From contig NC_090399.1 of assembly GCF_036365525.1 (NCBI RefSeq), positions 57,382,430 to 57,446,429 of the forward strand: DNA of 64,000 nucleotides, written 5' to 3'. Position numbers and translations under genes: made by a program. Of the stretch, positions 49,301 through 58,300 are shown piece after piece; within the stretch, counting starts at the first letter, position 1; each line of letters begins with the position of its first letter. The stretch comes from Heterodontus francisci. Taxonomy: Eukaryota. The notes under the pieces are model-generated. The model saw only the letters and a program-made list of their open reading frames with translations, ran no database searches and was not told the origin of the DNA.

Positions 49301-50150
49301 TCAGGTGTGTCTTAAAGGAGGAAAGTGAGTGAGAGAGGTGGAGAGGTGTAGGGAGGGAATTCCAGAGCCTGAGGCCTTGTCAATCAAAGGTAAGGGCACC
49401 AATGGTGGAACGTTTAAAATCAGGGATGTTCCAGAGGCCAGAATTAGAGCAGTACAGATATCTCAGAGGGTTGTGGAACCGGAGGGTGTTACAGAGGTTG
49501 GAAGGGACGAGGCCATGGAGGGATTTGAAAATATGGATGAGAATTTTCAAATTGATATTTGTTTAACTGGGTGCGAGTGTAGGTCAGTGAGCACAGGGGT
49601 GATGGGTGAATGGGATTTGGTGCAAGTTAGGAAATGGGCAGCAAGGTTTTGGATGACCGCAAGGTTACAGAGGGTAGAATGTGAGAGGCAAGTCAGGAAT
49701 GTGTTAGAATAGTGACGTCTGAAAGTAACAAAGACATGGATGAGGTTTCAGCAGCAGAAGAGCTGAGAGAGGGTGATATTACAGAGGTGGAAATGGTAAA
49801 TGAAGTTGAGGTACAAATCAATTATGATCAAATACAAATGCTGTTGCTATCGTTCTCTCTCTCTATCTCCATTCTGCAGTCCCATGTCCCTCACTCCCCC
49901 TAAAGTCTCTCTCCATTCTCCAGTCCCAGTGCCCAGTCTAGCACTGAAACCCTCTCAGAGCCCATTACTCACTGACCAAGGGTTAATGCCCCAGTACCCA
50001 GCCTGGCACTGAGTCCTCTCAGAGCCCATTACCCACTGACCAAGGGTTAATGCCCCAGTACCCAGCCTGGCACTGAGACCCTCTCAGTCCCCATTACTCA
50101 CCTGCAGAGACTCCTCCACACAGGAGGACCAGTTCTATCACTCCAATCAT
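19338..50150 (-). CDS. UAA: MHC class I heavy chain, classical (UAA-like) type, 7 coding exons, 355 aa; join(50150-50102,37095-36835,29810-29538,28987-28712,20816-20691,19774-19739,19384-19338)
   Basis: All exons are open and joined by GT-AG phase-1 introns (49+261+273+276+126+36+47=1068 nt). Domain order is leader-a1-a2-a3(C1 Ig)-TM-cyt. Y7,Y59,R84,Y123,T143,K146,W147,Y159,Y171 (HLA-A2 numbering), the N86 sequon NQT and the C101-C164 pair are present. The symbol UAA is the shark classical class I name, assigned by recognition and not by search. Confidence 0.93.
19431..19600. other. Assembly gap (170 N) inside intron 6
   Basis: N run. Confidence 1.
19739..19774 (-). CDS. UAA: MHC class I exon 6, cytoplasmic (GGEYKHSYSSAN)
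   Basis: tttctgatctttgtag|GA...C|gtaagt, 36 nt phase 1/1; the Tyr motif YSSA resembles the HLA exon-6 YSQA. Confidence 0.85.
19930..20560. repeat. ~29-bp minisatellite (cctcagtcccctcactccctgtacggga) in intron 5
   Basis: Direct inspection, ~20 copies. Confidence 0.92.
20691..20816 (-). CDS. UAA: MHC class I exon 5, connecting peptide and transmembrane (ARMLPVTVGSSEGTNIRLIVGIVVAAIALIAVVIGAVALKRR)
   Basis: C-rich tract then acag|CC, donor G|gtagga, 126 nt phase 1/1; about 22 hydrophobic residues followed by a KRR stop-transfer. Confidence 0.9.
21150..22050 (+). mobile_element. CR1 endonuclease and linker fragment
   Basis: VIMGEFNHPNIDW, LDLVLGNE, GNSDHN, VPEDWR; (CA)n at ~21980-22020. Confidence 0.85.
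22060..24270. mobile_element. Cluster of decayed CR1 fragments (minus ~22060-23520, plus ~23540-24270)
   Basis: CR1 RT-region and 3'-end similarity in both orientations. Confidence 0.7.
24272..24615 (-). mobile_element. tRNA-derived V-SINE (HE1-like), full length
   Basis: Head gggcggcacagtggcgcagtgg (A box), ggttcaattc (B box), V-domain gcgtgggtttcctccgggtgctctggtttcctcccac, CR1-like tail gctgtatctctaaactaaaa. Confidence 0.88.
24616..27065 (+). mobile_element. CR1 RT fragments (two tandem 3' ends, at ~26215 and ~27065)
   Basis: QHGFVKGKLCLTNL, QGSVLGP, FAND, LVWPQLEHCIQFW, RLRGDLIEVFK; tails ttctgtgattc and ttctatgattc. Confidence 0.9.
25015..25120 (-). mobile_element. Penelope-like terminal repeat fragment with a degenerate minimal hammerhead
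   Basis: Same family as 27085-27305 and 60175-60260; the minus strand reads AGTT-CCAAAGA-A-GGGTCactGACCC-GAAA-CATT-AACT. Confidence 0.55.
27085..27305. mobile_element. Penelope-like termini in inverted (hairpin) arrangement
   Basis: aaatactcagcaggtcaggcagcatct...agatgctacctgacctgctgagtattt inverted arms. Confidence 0.6.
27310..28685. mobile_element. Decayed CR1 fragments; the plus-strand piece ends ~27 nt from the alpha3 donor
   Basis: FQKAFDKVP, GIRG..WI.NW, and a MQFNAEKC-like segment. Confidence 0.75.
28712..28987 (-). CDS. UAA: MHC class I exon 4, alpha3 Ig C1 domain (VAPQVFLS...EILDW)
   Basis: Acceptor ttttactctcag|TT, donor G|gtaaga, 276 nt; motifs CLVTGFYPRDIEVT, LPNHDGTYQL, YSC. 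Confidence 0.97.
29040..29535. repeat. Intron 3 tandem repeats: ~52-bp x 2.5 (29040-29165) and ~22-27-bp ctcactcactgactctcagtcccccc x ~14
   Basis: Direct inspection. Confidence 0.88.
29538..29810 (-). CDS. UAA: MHC class I exon 3, alpha2 domain (GIHTVQVMYGCEL...KELRH)
   Basis: Acceptor gattgacag|GG, donor G|gtgagt, 273 nt; motifs HTVQxMYGC, WDGRDYISFD, TKNKW, YLEGTCIKWLKKY. Confidence 0.97.
30075..30435 (+). mobile_element. CR1 RT fragment
   Basis: DVVYLNFQKAFNEVP, PQGSVLG. Confidence 0.75.
30436..31860 (+). mobile_element. hAT DNA transposon remnant (Blackjack-like), transposase pseudogene
   Basis: Begins TAGGGTGGCCA (Blackjack-type TIR); FSLAIDASNKG (catalytic D), IVAANCSAHILHN (CxxH), LLKHVVIRWL (TRW motif); frameshifted. 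Confidence 0.75.
31865..34010. mobile_element. CR1 fragments (minus ~31865-33440 with a nested 3' end; plus ~33450-34010)
   Basis: HGFMKGKLCLTNLLE, QKAFDKVPH, YADD, SYEERL, FRRMGSDL. Confidence 0.88.
34069..34876. mobile_element. Non-autonomous TIR element (MITE, PIF/Harbinger-like)
   Basis: gggctgaaattt...aaaattctcccc imperfect TIRs, 3-bp TSD AGG, CpG-rich. Confidence 0.7.
35235..36138 (-). mobile_element. CR1 3' fragment carrying a nested SINE
   Basis: LVRPHLKYCEQFWSPYL; tail ttctatgtttctatg. Confidence 0.85.
35324..35658 (+). mobile_element. V-SINE (HE1-like)
   Basis: Same family as 24272-24615; (ctaaat)n tail. Confidence 0.88.
36835..37095 (-). CDS. UAA: MHC class I exon 2, alpha1 domain (GSHSLRYFYTAMTP...ALNRTNQTG)
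   Basis: Acceptor ctgtgtttcag|GA, donor G|gtgaga, 261 nt; motifs GSHSLRYF, EFVAVGYVDD, EYWE, RTNQT. Confidence 0.97.
37100..46140. repeat. ~9-kb compound minisatellite, unit gacatcagggcatgaaccccaaaacatcaaccccac(ag)n, ~45-55 bp, ~185 copies
   Basis: Direct inspection; each unit has a variable (GA)n tract; abuts the exon 2 acceptor. Confidence 0.98.
46300..48670. repeat. ~32-bp minisatellite (acagagcccctgtaaataaaccccaacacaac), ~72 copies
   Basis: Direct inspection. Confidence 0.97.
48680..49800. mobile_element. Degenerate CR1 (plus, ~48680-49150) and L2 3' end (minus, ~49150-49800)
   Basis: RAHLESCV, RRLKGELLK-like segment; L2-type tail aagcactttggg...gcactatataaatacaagtt. Confidence 0.65.
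49945..50100. repeat. ~64-bp tandem duplication (2.4 copies) at the 5' end of intron 1
   Basis: Repeated cctctcagagcccattac(t/c)cactgaccaagggttaatgccccagtacccagcctggcactgag. Confidence 0.9.
50102..50150 (-). CDS. UAA: MHC class I exon 1, signal peptide MIGVIELVLLCGGVSA
   Basis: ATG in GCAACAATGA context; ends GCA G|GTGAGT; VSA|GSHSLRY cleavage site once spliced to exon 2. Confidence 0.88.
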
Positions 50151-50219
50151 TGTTGCTTCCCTCAACAGTCTGGGATGAACAGTTTGTGGGGAATCCTTTT
50201 CCCAAATACTGTCTCGGGC

Positions 50220-50345
50220 TCTGTGAGCTGTGTCCAGTTCAGACTGTGTGATTCCTCTGCCCCGTGTTCTGGGTCTGTGAGCTGTGTCCAGTTCAGACTG
50301 TGTGATTCCTCTGCCCCGTGTTCTGGGTCTGTGAGCTGTGCCCAG
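50220..50345. repeat. 54-bp tandem duplication (2.3 copies) in the 5' UTR or proximal promoter
   Basis: tctgtgagctgtgtccagttcagactgtgtgattcctctgccccgtgttctggg x2. Confidence 0.95.
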
Positions 50346-50510
50346 TGCTGATTGCATTAAATCAGAAGATGTTGTTGGTTATTCAGACTGCTGCATACTG
50401 ATTGGTTCGTTGGCATATTTGTGTCCAATCAGAATAAAACTACAGTAGTCTCTGGGCGAAAAAGATTTAGAAACCAGGAGCTGTGAATTGAAAAAGGGAA
50501 AGGTTTGCAG
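50340..50510 (-). promoter_or_regulatory. Proximal promoter of MHC class I: Y box, CCAAT box, X1-like motif, IRF/ISRE-like motif
   Basis: On the gene strand: CTGATTGG (50432-50425), CCAATCAG (50405-50398), CCCAGAGAC (50456-50448). On the plus strand: GAAAAAGGGAAAGG (50490-50503). All lie 250-350 nt upstream of the ATG. Confidence 0.6.
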
Positions 50511-50899
50511 AGTGAGTCTACCTCCAAGGAAGACCAGTGACACTCCAATGTCAATAAGCAGGATGGCAAATCAGTGTGGAGGGGATATTGGAAACTGTAA
50601 GATAAACAATGGGTTAAGGGAGAAGGTAGCTGTAAAAGTAACCTAAAGGATACACAGGCAACATTAAAGGCTGCACCACAGACCAAGTCAACCCCAGATA
50701 CAGGAAACCACAAATAGTGTCAACAGGAACTCGTGTTTGCTCAGGTTTAAAGTAGACATGTAGAAGTGTGGTGGAACGGCGAATGGTCCAGGAGGGGCTG
50801 GAAGATGCAACCGATTGAGATGTTCCTGCTGACAAGGGCAATACTGACTATCTTAGGGATGGACCCTGCCTAACTATTAGCACAGGCGGGTGGAGTAAG

Positions 50900-53800
50900 A
50901 CAAGGAGCCCTGAAACATTCTAGAGCATCTTTAACATTTATATCTTGGGAGTAGGGGTGACAGGAGGAGAAGGGAAGTGAGCACCAGCCATGACAGACCC
51001 CAGATTTAAATCCTTATTCCTTGTTTGATTATCTCTCATTCTAAAGGAGAAGGTGGGAGTGTCGGTCCACACAGGATTGGACTGGGAACAAGCTAGATAA
51101 GAGGTGACACCAGGTTGGGATCATCCAGCAGGTGAGTGAGTTTGAGCAGCGGAGACTCAGAAAAGGCAAGTCTCAGCTGTGGACGAGCCTTGTCCCACTA
51201 GGGACAGAGACTGGGACTGAGCCAGTCCACAAGCGAGCCACACACAGTCTGAACTACTCGAACTGTGATAAACCAGGTCATGTGGACAGGAATTGGAGAT
51301 CTGGGAGAGAAAGGGGGTCCACACTTTGGACGAGCTCCCTAGGGAGGAGATGGAGGAGAAAGTGATCACATTCACTGCTTTGGACAACAGATTGAGCGAT
51401 TAGAAACTCTGCTGAACATGGAGAAGATTACTGAGAGAGTGGCTGCAGCAAGCTGAGGGCCTCCCATTATCCTAAAGTCAAGATCAACAGAAGGAGGCAT
51501 GGCCAACAGAGAATCCCAATAGAGAAGGAGAGCCCTCCTCATAGTCAGGAGTGAGGGTCCAATGTGATGGGTTAGGGAGGAGGGAGTGGTCTCCCCACAG
51601 TTGAGAGTGAGGGTCCAATGTGATGGGTTAGGGAGGAGGGACTGGTCTTCCCACAGTTGGAGTGAGGGTCCGATGTGATGGGTTAGGGAGGAGGGAGTGA
51701 TCTCCCCACAGTTGGAGTGAGGGTCCGATGTGATAGGTTGGGGAGGAGGGAGTGGGCTCTTCACAGTTGAGAGTGAGGGTCCAATATGATGGGTTAGGGA
51801 GGAGGGAGTGGGCTCCCCACAGTTGGAGTGAGTGTCCGATGTGATGGGTTAGGGAGGAGGGAGTGGTCTCCCCACAGTTGGAGTGAGGGTCCGATGTGAT
51901 AGGTTGGGGAGGAGGGAGTGGGCTCTTCACAGTTGAGAGTGAGGGTCCAATATGATGGGTTAGGGAGGAGGGAGTGGGCTCCCCACAGTTGGAGTGAGTG
52001 TCCGATGTGATGGGTTAGGGAGGAGGGAGTGGGCTCCCCACAGTTGAGAGTGAGGGTCCAATGTGATGGGTTAGGGAGGAGGGACTGGTCTTCCCACAGT
52101 TGAGAGTGAGGGTCCGATGTGATGGAGGAGGGAGTGGGCTCCCCACAGTTGAGAGTGAGGGTCCGATGTGATGGGTTAGGGAGGAGGGAGTGGTCTCCCC
52201 ACAGTTGGAGTGAGGGTCCGATGTGATAGGTTGGGGAGGAGGGAGTGGGCTCTTCACAGTTGAGAGTAAGGGTCCAATATGATGGGTTAGGGAGGAGGGA
52301 GTGGGCTCCCCACAGTTGGAGTGAGTGTCCGATGTGATGGGTTAGGAAGGAGGGAGTGGTCTCCCCACAGTTGGAGTGAGGGTCCGATGTGATAGGTTGG
52401 GGAGGAGGGAGTGGGCTCTTCACAGTTGAGAGTGAGGGTCCAATATGATGGGTTAGGGAGGAGGCAGTGGGCTCCCCACAGTTGGAGTGAGTGTCCGATG
52501 TGATGGGGTAGGGAGGAGGGAGTGGTCTCCCCACTGTTGAGAGTGAGGGTCCGATGTGATGGGTTAGGGAGGAGGGAGTGGTCTCCCCACAGTTGGAGTG
52601 AGTGTCCGATGTGATGGGTTAGGGAGGAGGGAGTGGGCTCCCTACAGTTGGAGTGAGGGTCCGATGTGATAGGTTAGGGAGGAGGGAGTGGGCTCCCTAC
52701 AGTTGGAGTGAGGGTCCGATGTGATAGGTTAGGGAGGAGGGAGTGGGCTCCCCACAGTTGGAGTGAGTGTCCGATGTGATGGGTTAGGGAGGAGGGAGTG
52801 AGCTCCCTACAGTTGGAGTGAGGGTCCGATGTGATAGGTTAGGGAGGAGGGAGTGGGCTCCCTACAGTTGGAGTGAGGGTCCGATGTGATAGGTTAGGGA
52901 GGAGGGAGTGGTCTCCCCACAGTTGGAGTGAGTGTCCGATGTGATGGGTTAGGGAGGAGGGAGTGGGCTCTTCACAGTTGAGAGTGAGGGTCCAATGTGA
53001 TGGTTTCGGGAGGAGGGAGTGGGCTCTTCACAGTTGGAGTGAGGGTCCGATGTGATGGGTTAGGGAGGAGGGAGTGGTCTCCCCACAGTTGGAGTGAGTG
53101 TCCGATGTGATAGGTTAGGGAGGAGGGAGTGGGCTCCCCACAGTTGGAGTGAGTGTCCGATGTGATGGGTTAGGGAGGAGGGAGTGGGCTCCCTACAGTT
53201 GGAGTGAGGGTCCGATGTGATAGGTTAGGGAGGAGGGAGTGGGCTCCCCACAGTTGGAGTGAGGGTTCGATGTGATAGGTTAGGGAGGAGGGAGTGGGCT
53301 CCCTGCGGTTGGAGTGAGGGTCCAATGTGATGGGTTAGGGAGGAGGGAGTGGGCTCCCTACTGTTGGAGTGAGGGTCCAATGTGATAGGTTAGGGAGGAG
53401 GGAGTGGGCTCCCTACTGTTGGAGTGAGGGTCCAATGTGATAGGTTAGGGAGGAGGGAGTGGGCTCCCTACAGTTGGAGTGAGGGTCCGATGTGATAGGT
53501 TAGGGAGGAGGGAGTGGGCTCCCTACGGTTGGAGTGAAGGTCCAATGTGATGGGTTAGGGAGGAGGGAGTGGTCACCCCACAGTTGAGAGTGAGGGTCCG
53601 ATGTGATGGGTTAGGGAGGAGGGAGTGGTCTCCCCACAGTTGAGAGTGAGGGTCCGATGTGATGGGTTAGGGAGGAGGGAGTGGTCTCCCCACAGTTGGA
53701 GTGAGGGTCCGATGTGATAGGTTAGGGAGGAGGGAGTGGTCTCCCCACAGTTGAGAGTGAGTGTCCGATGTGATCGGTTCGGGAGGAGGGAGTGGTCTCC

Positions 53801-55330
53801 CCACAGTTGAGAGTGAGGGTCCAATGTGATGGGTTAGGGAGGAGGGAGTGGTCTCCCCACAGTTGAGAGTGAGGGTCCAATGTGATGGGTTAGGGAGGAG
53901 GGAGTGGTCTCCCCACAGTTGAGAGTGAGGGTCCAATGTGATAGGTTAGGGAGGAGGGAGTGGTCTCCCCACAGTTGGAGTGAGGGTCTGATGTGATGGG
54001 TTAGGGAGGAGGGAGTGGTCTCCCCACAGTTGAGAGTGAGGGTCCAATGTGATTGGTTAGGGAGGAGGGAGTGGTCTCCCCACAGTTGGAGTGAGTGTCC
54101 AATCTGATGGAGGAGTGAGGGAGGAGGGAGTGGTCTCCCCACAGTTGGAGTGAGGGTCCAATGTGATAGGTTAGGGAGGAGGGAGTGGTCTCCCCACACT
54201 TGGAGTGAGGGTCTGATGTGATGGGTTAGGGAGGAGGGAGTGGTCTCCCCACAGTTGGAGTGAGTGTCCAATCTGATGGAGGATTGAGGGAGGAGTGGTG
54301 TCCCTACAGCTGGTATAAGGGTCCGATGTGATGGGAGAGTGAGGTGGGGTGTTCTCCCCACAGCTGGAAGGAGGGTCTGATGTGATAGAGGCGTGAGGAG
54401 GGAGTGGTCTTCCCACAGTTGGAGTGAGGGTCCGATGTGATCGATTAGGGAGGAGGGAGTGGTCTCCCCACAGTTGGAGTGAGTGTCCGATGTGATGGGT
54501 TAGGGAGGAGGGAGTGGTCTTCCCACAGTTGGGAGTGAGGGTCCGATGTGATGGGAGAGTGAGGTGGGGTGTTCTCCCCACAGCTGGAAGGAGGGTCTGA
54601 TGTGATAGGGGCGTGAGGAGGGAGTGGTCTCCCCACAGTCGGAGTGAGGGTCTGATGTGATAGGGGCGTGAGGAGGGAGTGGTCTTCCCACAGTCGGAGT
54701 GAGGGTCTGATGTGATGGGGTTGCTTTACCCAGTTGTTCTGGTTGGCCACAGACAGGATTTATTGATAAACACTGGATCATTATTGACCATCACACATAC
54801 CTCACAGTGTCAAACCCAGACAATGAGGAAAGGGAAACTTGCTTCACTTTCAGGCTTTAACAGGCTGGTTATCCCAGAATATGAAGCTCAGTCATGTTAC
54901 ATTGAAATTGTAGACAGTTTATGGTTGTGGGTACAGGAGCCCATCCTGGTGACTCTTACAGGAAACTCGGGTAAACTGGGCTCTGATGTGTTCTCTGTGG
55001 TGGGGATGTGTGTTGAATATATAATGGATAACTGCATCTACATGTTGTGTCAGGAAGGAATGTTGAAATGTCAGATGCTTACAAGGTTTGTGCTGTTCAG
55101 AAACCTGAGGTCTCTCTGTTCCCAATGCACAGAGACAGAGCCCTATAAGATCATTGCAAAATACACCAGCAAGTTTGTTAAACACAAACACAACTGCAGA
55201 AAGTTAGCAGGAGTGGAATACATAACAGGGTCACCTCACCAAACCCGAAAGGAATGACCGATACCTGAGGAGAGTGAACCTCATTATCAAGACCAACCTT
55301 GATCTACTTTTTTCAGTCAAACCCACTGCA
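50900..55330 (+). mobile_element. LTR retroelement gag-protease remnant split by a minisatellite
   Basis: Degenerate zinc knuckle YSNCDKPGHVDRNW (~51255-51297); degenerate aspartic protease motif LLINTGS (~54760-54780). Confidence 0.45.
51545..54720. repeat. ~55-56-bp G-rich minisatellite (gagtgagggtccgatgtgatgggttagggaggagggagtggtctccccacagttg), ~57 copies
   Basis: Direct inspection. Confidence 0.97.
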
Positions 55331-55359
55331 CTCTCAGTGGAAATATTCTTTTTATGTGA

Positions 55360-58300
55360 TGTCAGCTGGGCCTCGATGGTAGCACTCTCACCTCACAATC
55401 AGAATTTCCCAATCATTCAGCACAAAATCTAGGCTGATGCTTTAGTGCAGTACTGAGGGAGTGCTGCACTGTCGGAGGGTCAGTACGGAGGGAGTGCGGC
55501 ACAGTCGGAGGGGCGGTACTGAGAGAGCACAGCACTGTCGGAGGGGCAGTACTGAGGGAGTGCTGCACTGTCGGTGGGTCAGTACTGAGGGAGTGCTGCA
55601 CTGTCGGAGGGTCGGTACTGAGAGAGCACAGCACTGTCTGAGGGGCAGTACTGAGGGAGGGCTGCACTGTCAGAGGGTAAGTACTGAGGGAGGGCTGCAC
55701 TGTCAGAGCGTAAGTACTGAGGGAGTGCTGTGCTGTCAGAGGGTAAGTACTGAGGGGCAGCTGCATTGTCGGTGGGTCAGCACTGAGGGGAAGCTGCATT
55801 GTCAGAGGCTAAGTACTGAGGGAGGGCTGCACAGTCGGTGGGTCAGTACTGAGGGAAAGCTGCATTGTCAGAGGGTAAGTACTGAGGGAGGGCTGCACTG
55901 TCAGAGGGTAAGTACTGAGGGAGGGCTGCACTGTCAGAGGGTAAGTACTGAGGGAAGGGCTGCACTGTCAGAGGGTAAGTACTGAGGGACAGCTGCATTG
56001 TCGGTGGGTCGGTACTGAGGGAGAGCTGCACTGTCGGTGGGTCAGTACTGAGGGAGAGCTGCATTGTCGGTGGGTCAGTATTGAGGGAAAGCTGCATTGT
56101 CAGAGGGTCAATACTGAGGGAGGGCTGCACTGTCAGAGGGTAAGTACTGAGGGACAGCTGCATTGTCGGTGGGTCGGTACTGAGGGAGAGCTGCACTGTT
56201 GGTGGATCAGTACTGAGGGAGAGCTGCACTGTCGGTGGGTCGGTACTGAGGGAGTGCTGCATTGTCAGAGGGTCAGCACTGAGGGAGTGCTGCACTGTCA
56301 GAGGGTCAATACTGAGGGAGGGCTGCACTGTCAGAGGGTAAGTACTGAGGGACAGCTGCATTGTCGGTGGGTCAGTACTCAGGGAGTGCTGCACTGTCGG
56401 TGGGTCAGTACTGAGGGAGTGCTGCATTGTCGGTGGGTCAGTACTGAGGGAGGGCTGCACTGTCAGAGGGTAAGTACTGAGGGAGTGCTGCATTGTCGGT
56501 GGGTCGGTACTGAGGGAGAGCTGCACTGTCGGTGGGTCAGTACTGAGGGAGGCCTGCACTGTCAGAGGATAAGTACTGAGGGAGTGCTGCACTGTCGGTG
56601 GGTCAGTACTGAGGGAGAGCTGCATTGTCAGTGGGTCGGTACTGAGGGAGTGCTGCATTGTCGGTGGGTCAGTCCTGAGGGAAAGCTGCAGTGTCGTTGG
56701 GTCAGTACTGAGGGAGTGCTGCACTGTCAGAGGGGAAGTACTGAGGGACAGCTGCATTGTCGGTGGGTCGGTACTGAGGGAGAGCTGCACTGTCGGTGGG
56801 TCAGTATTGAGGGAGAGCTGCACTGTCGGTGGGTCGGTACTGAGAGAGAGCTGCATTGTCAGAGGGTCAATACTGAGGGAGGGCTGCACTGTCAGAGGGT
56901 AAGTACTGAGGGACAGCTGCATTGTCGGTGGGTCGGTACTGAGGGAGAGCTGCACTGTCGGTGGGTCAGTACTGAGGGAGTGCTGCATTGTCGGTGGGTC
57001 GGTACTGAGGGAGAGCTGCACTGTCGGTGGGTCAGTACTGAGGGAGGGCTGCACTGTCAGAGGATAAGTACTGAGGGAGTGCTGCACTGTCGGTGGGTCA
57101 GTACTGAGGGAGAGCTGCATTGTCAGTGGGTCGGTACTGAGGGAGTGCTGCATTGTCGGTGGGTCAGTCCTGAGGGAAAGCTGCAGTGTCGTTGGGTCAG
57201 TACTGAGGGAGTGCTGCACTGTCGGTGGGTCAGTACTGAGGGAGAGCTGCACTGTCAGAGGGTCAGTACTGAGGGAGGGCTGCACTGTCAGAGGGGAAGT
57301 ACTGAGGGACAGCTGCATTGTCGGTGGGTCGGTACTGAGGGAGAGCTGCACTGTCGGTGGGTCAGTATTGAGGAAGAGCTGCACTGTCGGTGGGTCGGTA
57401 CTGAGAGAGAGCTGCATTGTCAGAGGGTCAATACTGAGGGAGGGCTGCACTGTCAGAGGGTAAGTACTGAGGGACAGCTGCATTGTCGGTGGGTCGGTAC
57501 TGAGGGAGAGCTGCACTGTCGGTGGGTCAGTACTGAGGGAGTGCTGCATTGTCGGTGGGTCAGTACTGAGGGAGGGCTGCACTGTCAGAGGGTAAGTACT
57601 GAGGGAGTGCTGCATTGTCGGTGGGTCGGTACTGAGGGAGAGCTGCACTGTCGGTGGGTCAGTACTGAGGGAGGGCTGCACTGTCAGAGGATAAGTACTG
57701 AGGGAGTGCTGCACTGTCAGTGGGTCAGTACTGAAGGAGAGCTGCATTGTCAGTGGGTCGGTACTGAGGGAGTGCTGCATTGTCGGTGGGTCAGTCCTGA
57801 GGGAAAGCTGCAGTGTCGTTGGGTCAGTACTGAGGGAGTGCTGCACTGTCGGTGGGTCAGTACTGAGGGAGAGCTGCACTGTCAGAGGGTCAGTACTGAG
57901 GGAGGGCTGCACTGTCAGAGGGGAAGTACTGAGGGACAGCTGCATTGTCGGTGGGTCGGTACTGAGGGAGAGCTGCACTGTCGGTGGGTCAGTATTGAGG
58001 GAGAGCTGCACTGTCGGTGGGTCGGTACTGAGAGAGAGCTGCATTGTCAGATGGTCAATACTGAGGGAGGGCTGCACTGTCAGAGGGTAAGTACTGAGGG
58101 ACAGCTGCATTGTCGGTGGGTCGGTACTGAGGGAGAGCTGCACTGTCGGTGGGTCAGTACTGAGGGAGAGCTGCACGGTCAGTGGGTCGGTACTGAGGGA
58201 GTGCTGCATTGTCAGAGGGTCAGTACTGAGGGAGTGCTGCACTGTCGGTGGGTCAGTACTGAGGGAGTGCTGCATTGTCGGTGGGTCAGTACTGAGGGAG

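Noticed and set aside
51545-54720. cacagtt repeats as RAG recombination signal heptamers
   Set aside because: Not CACAGTG and no nonamer at 12/23 spacing
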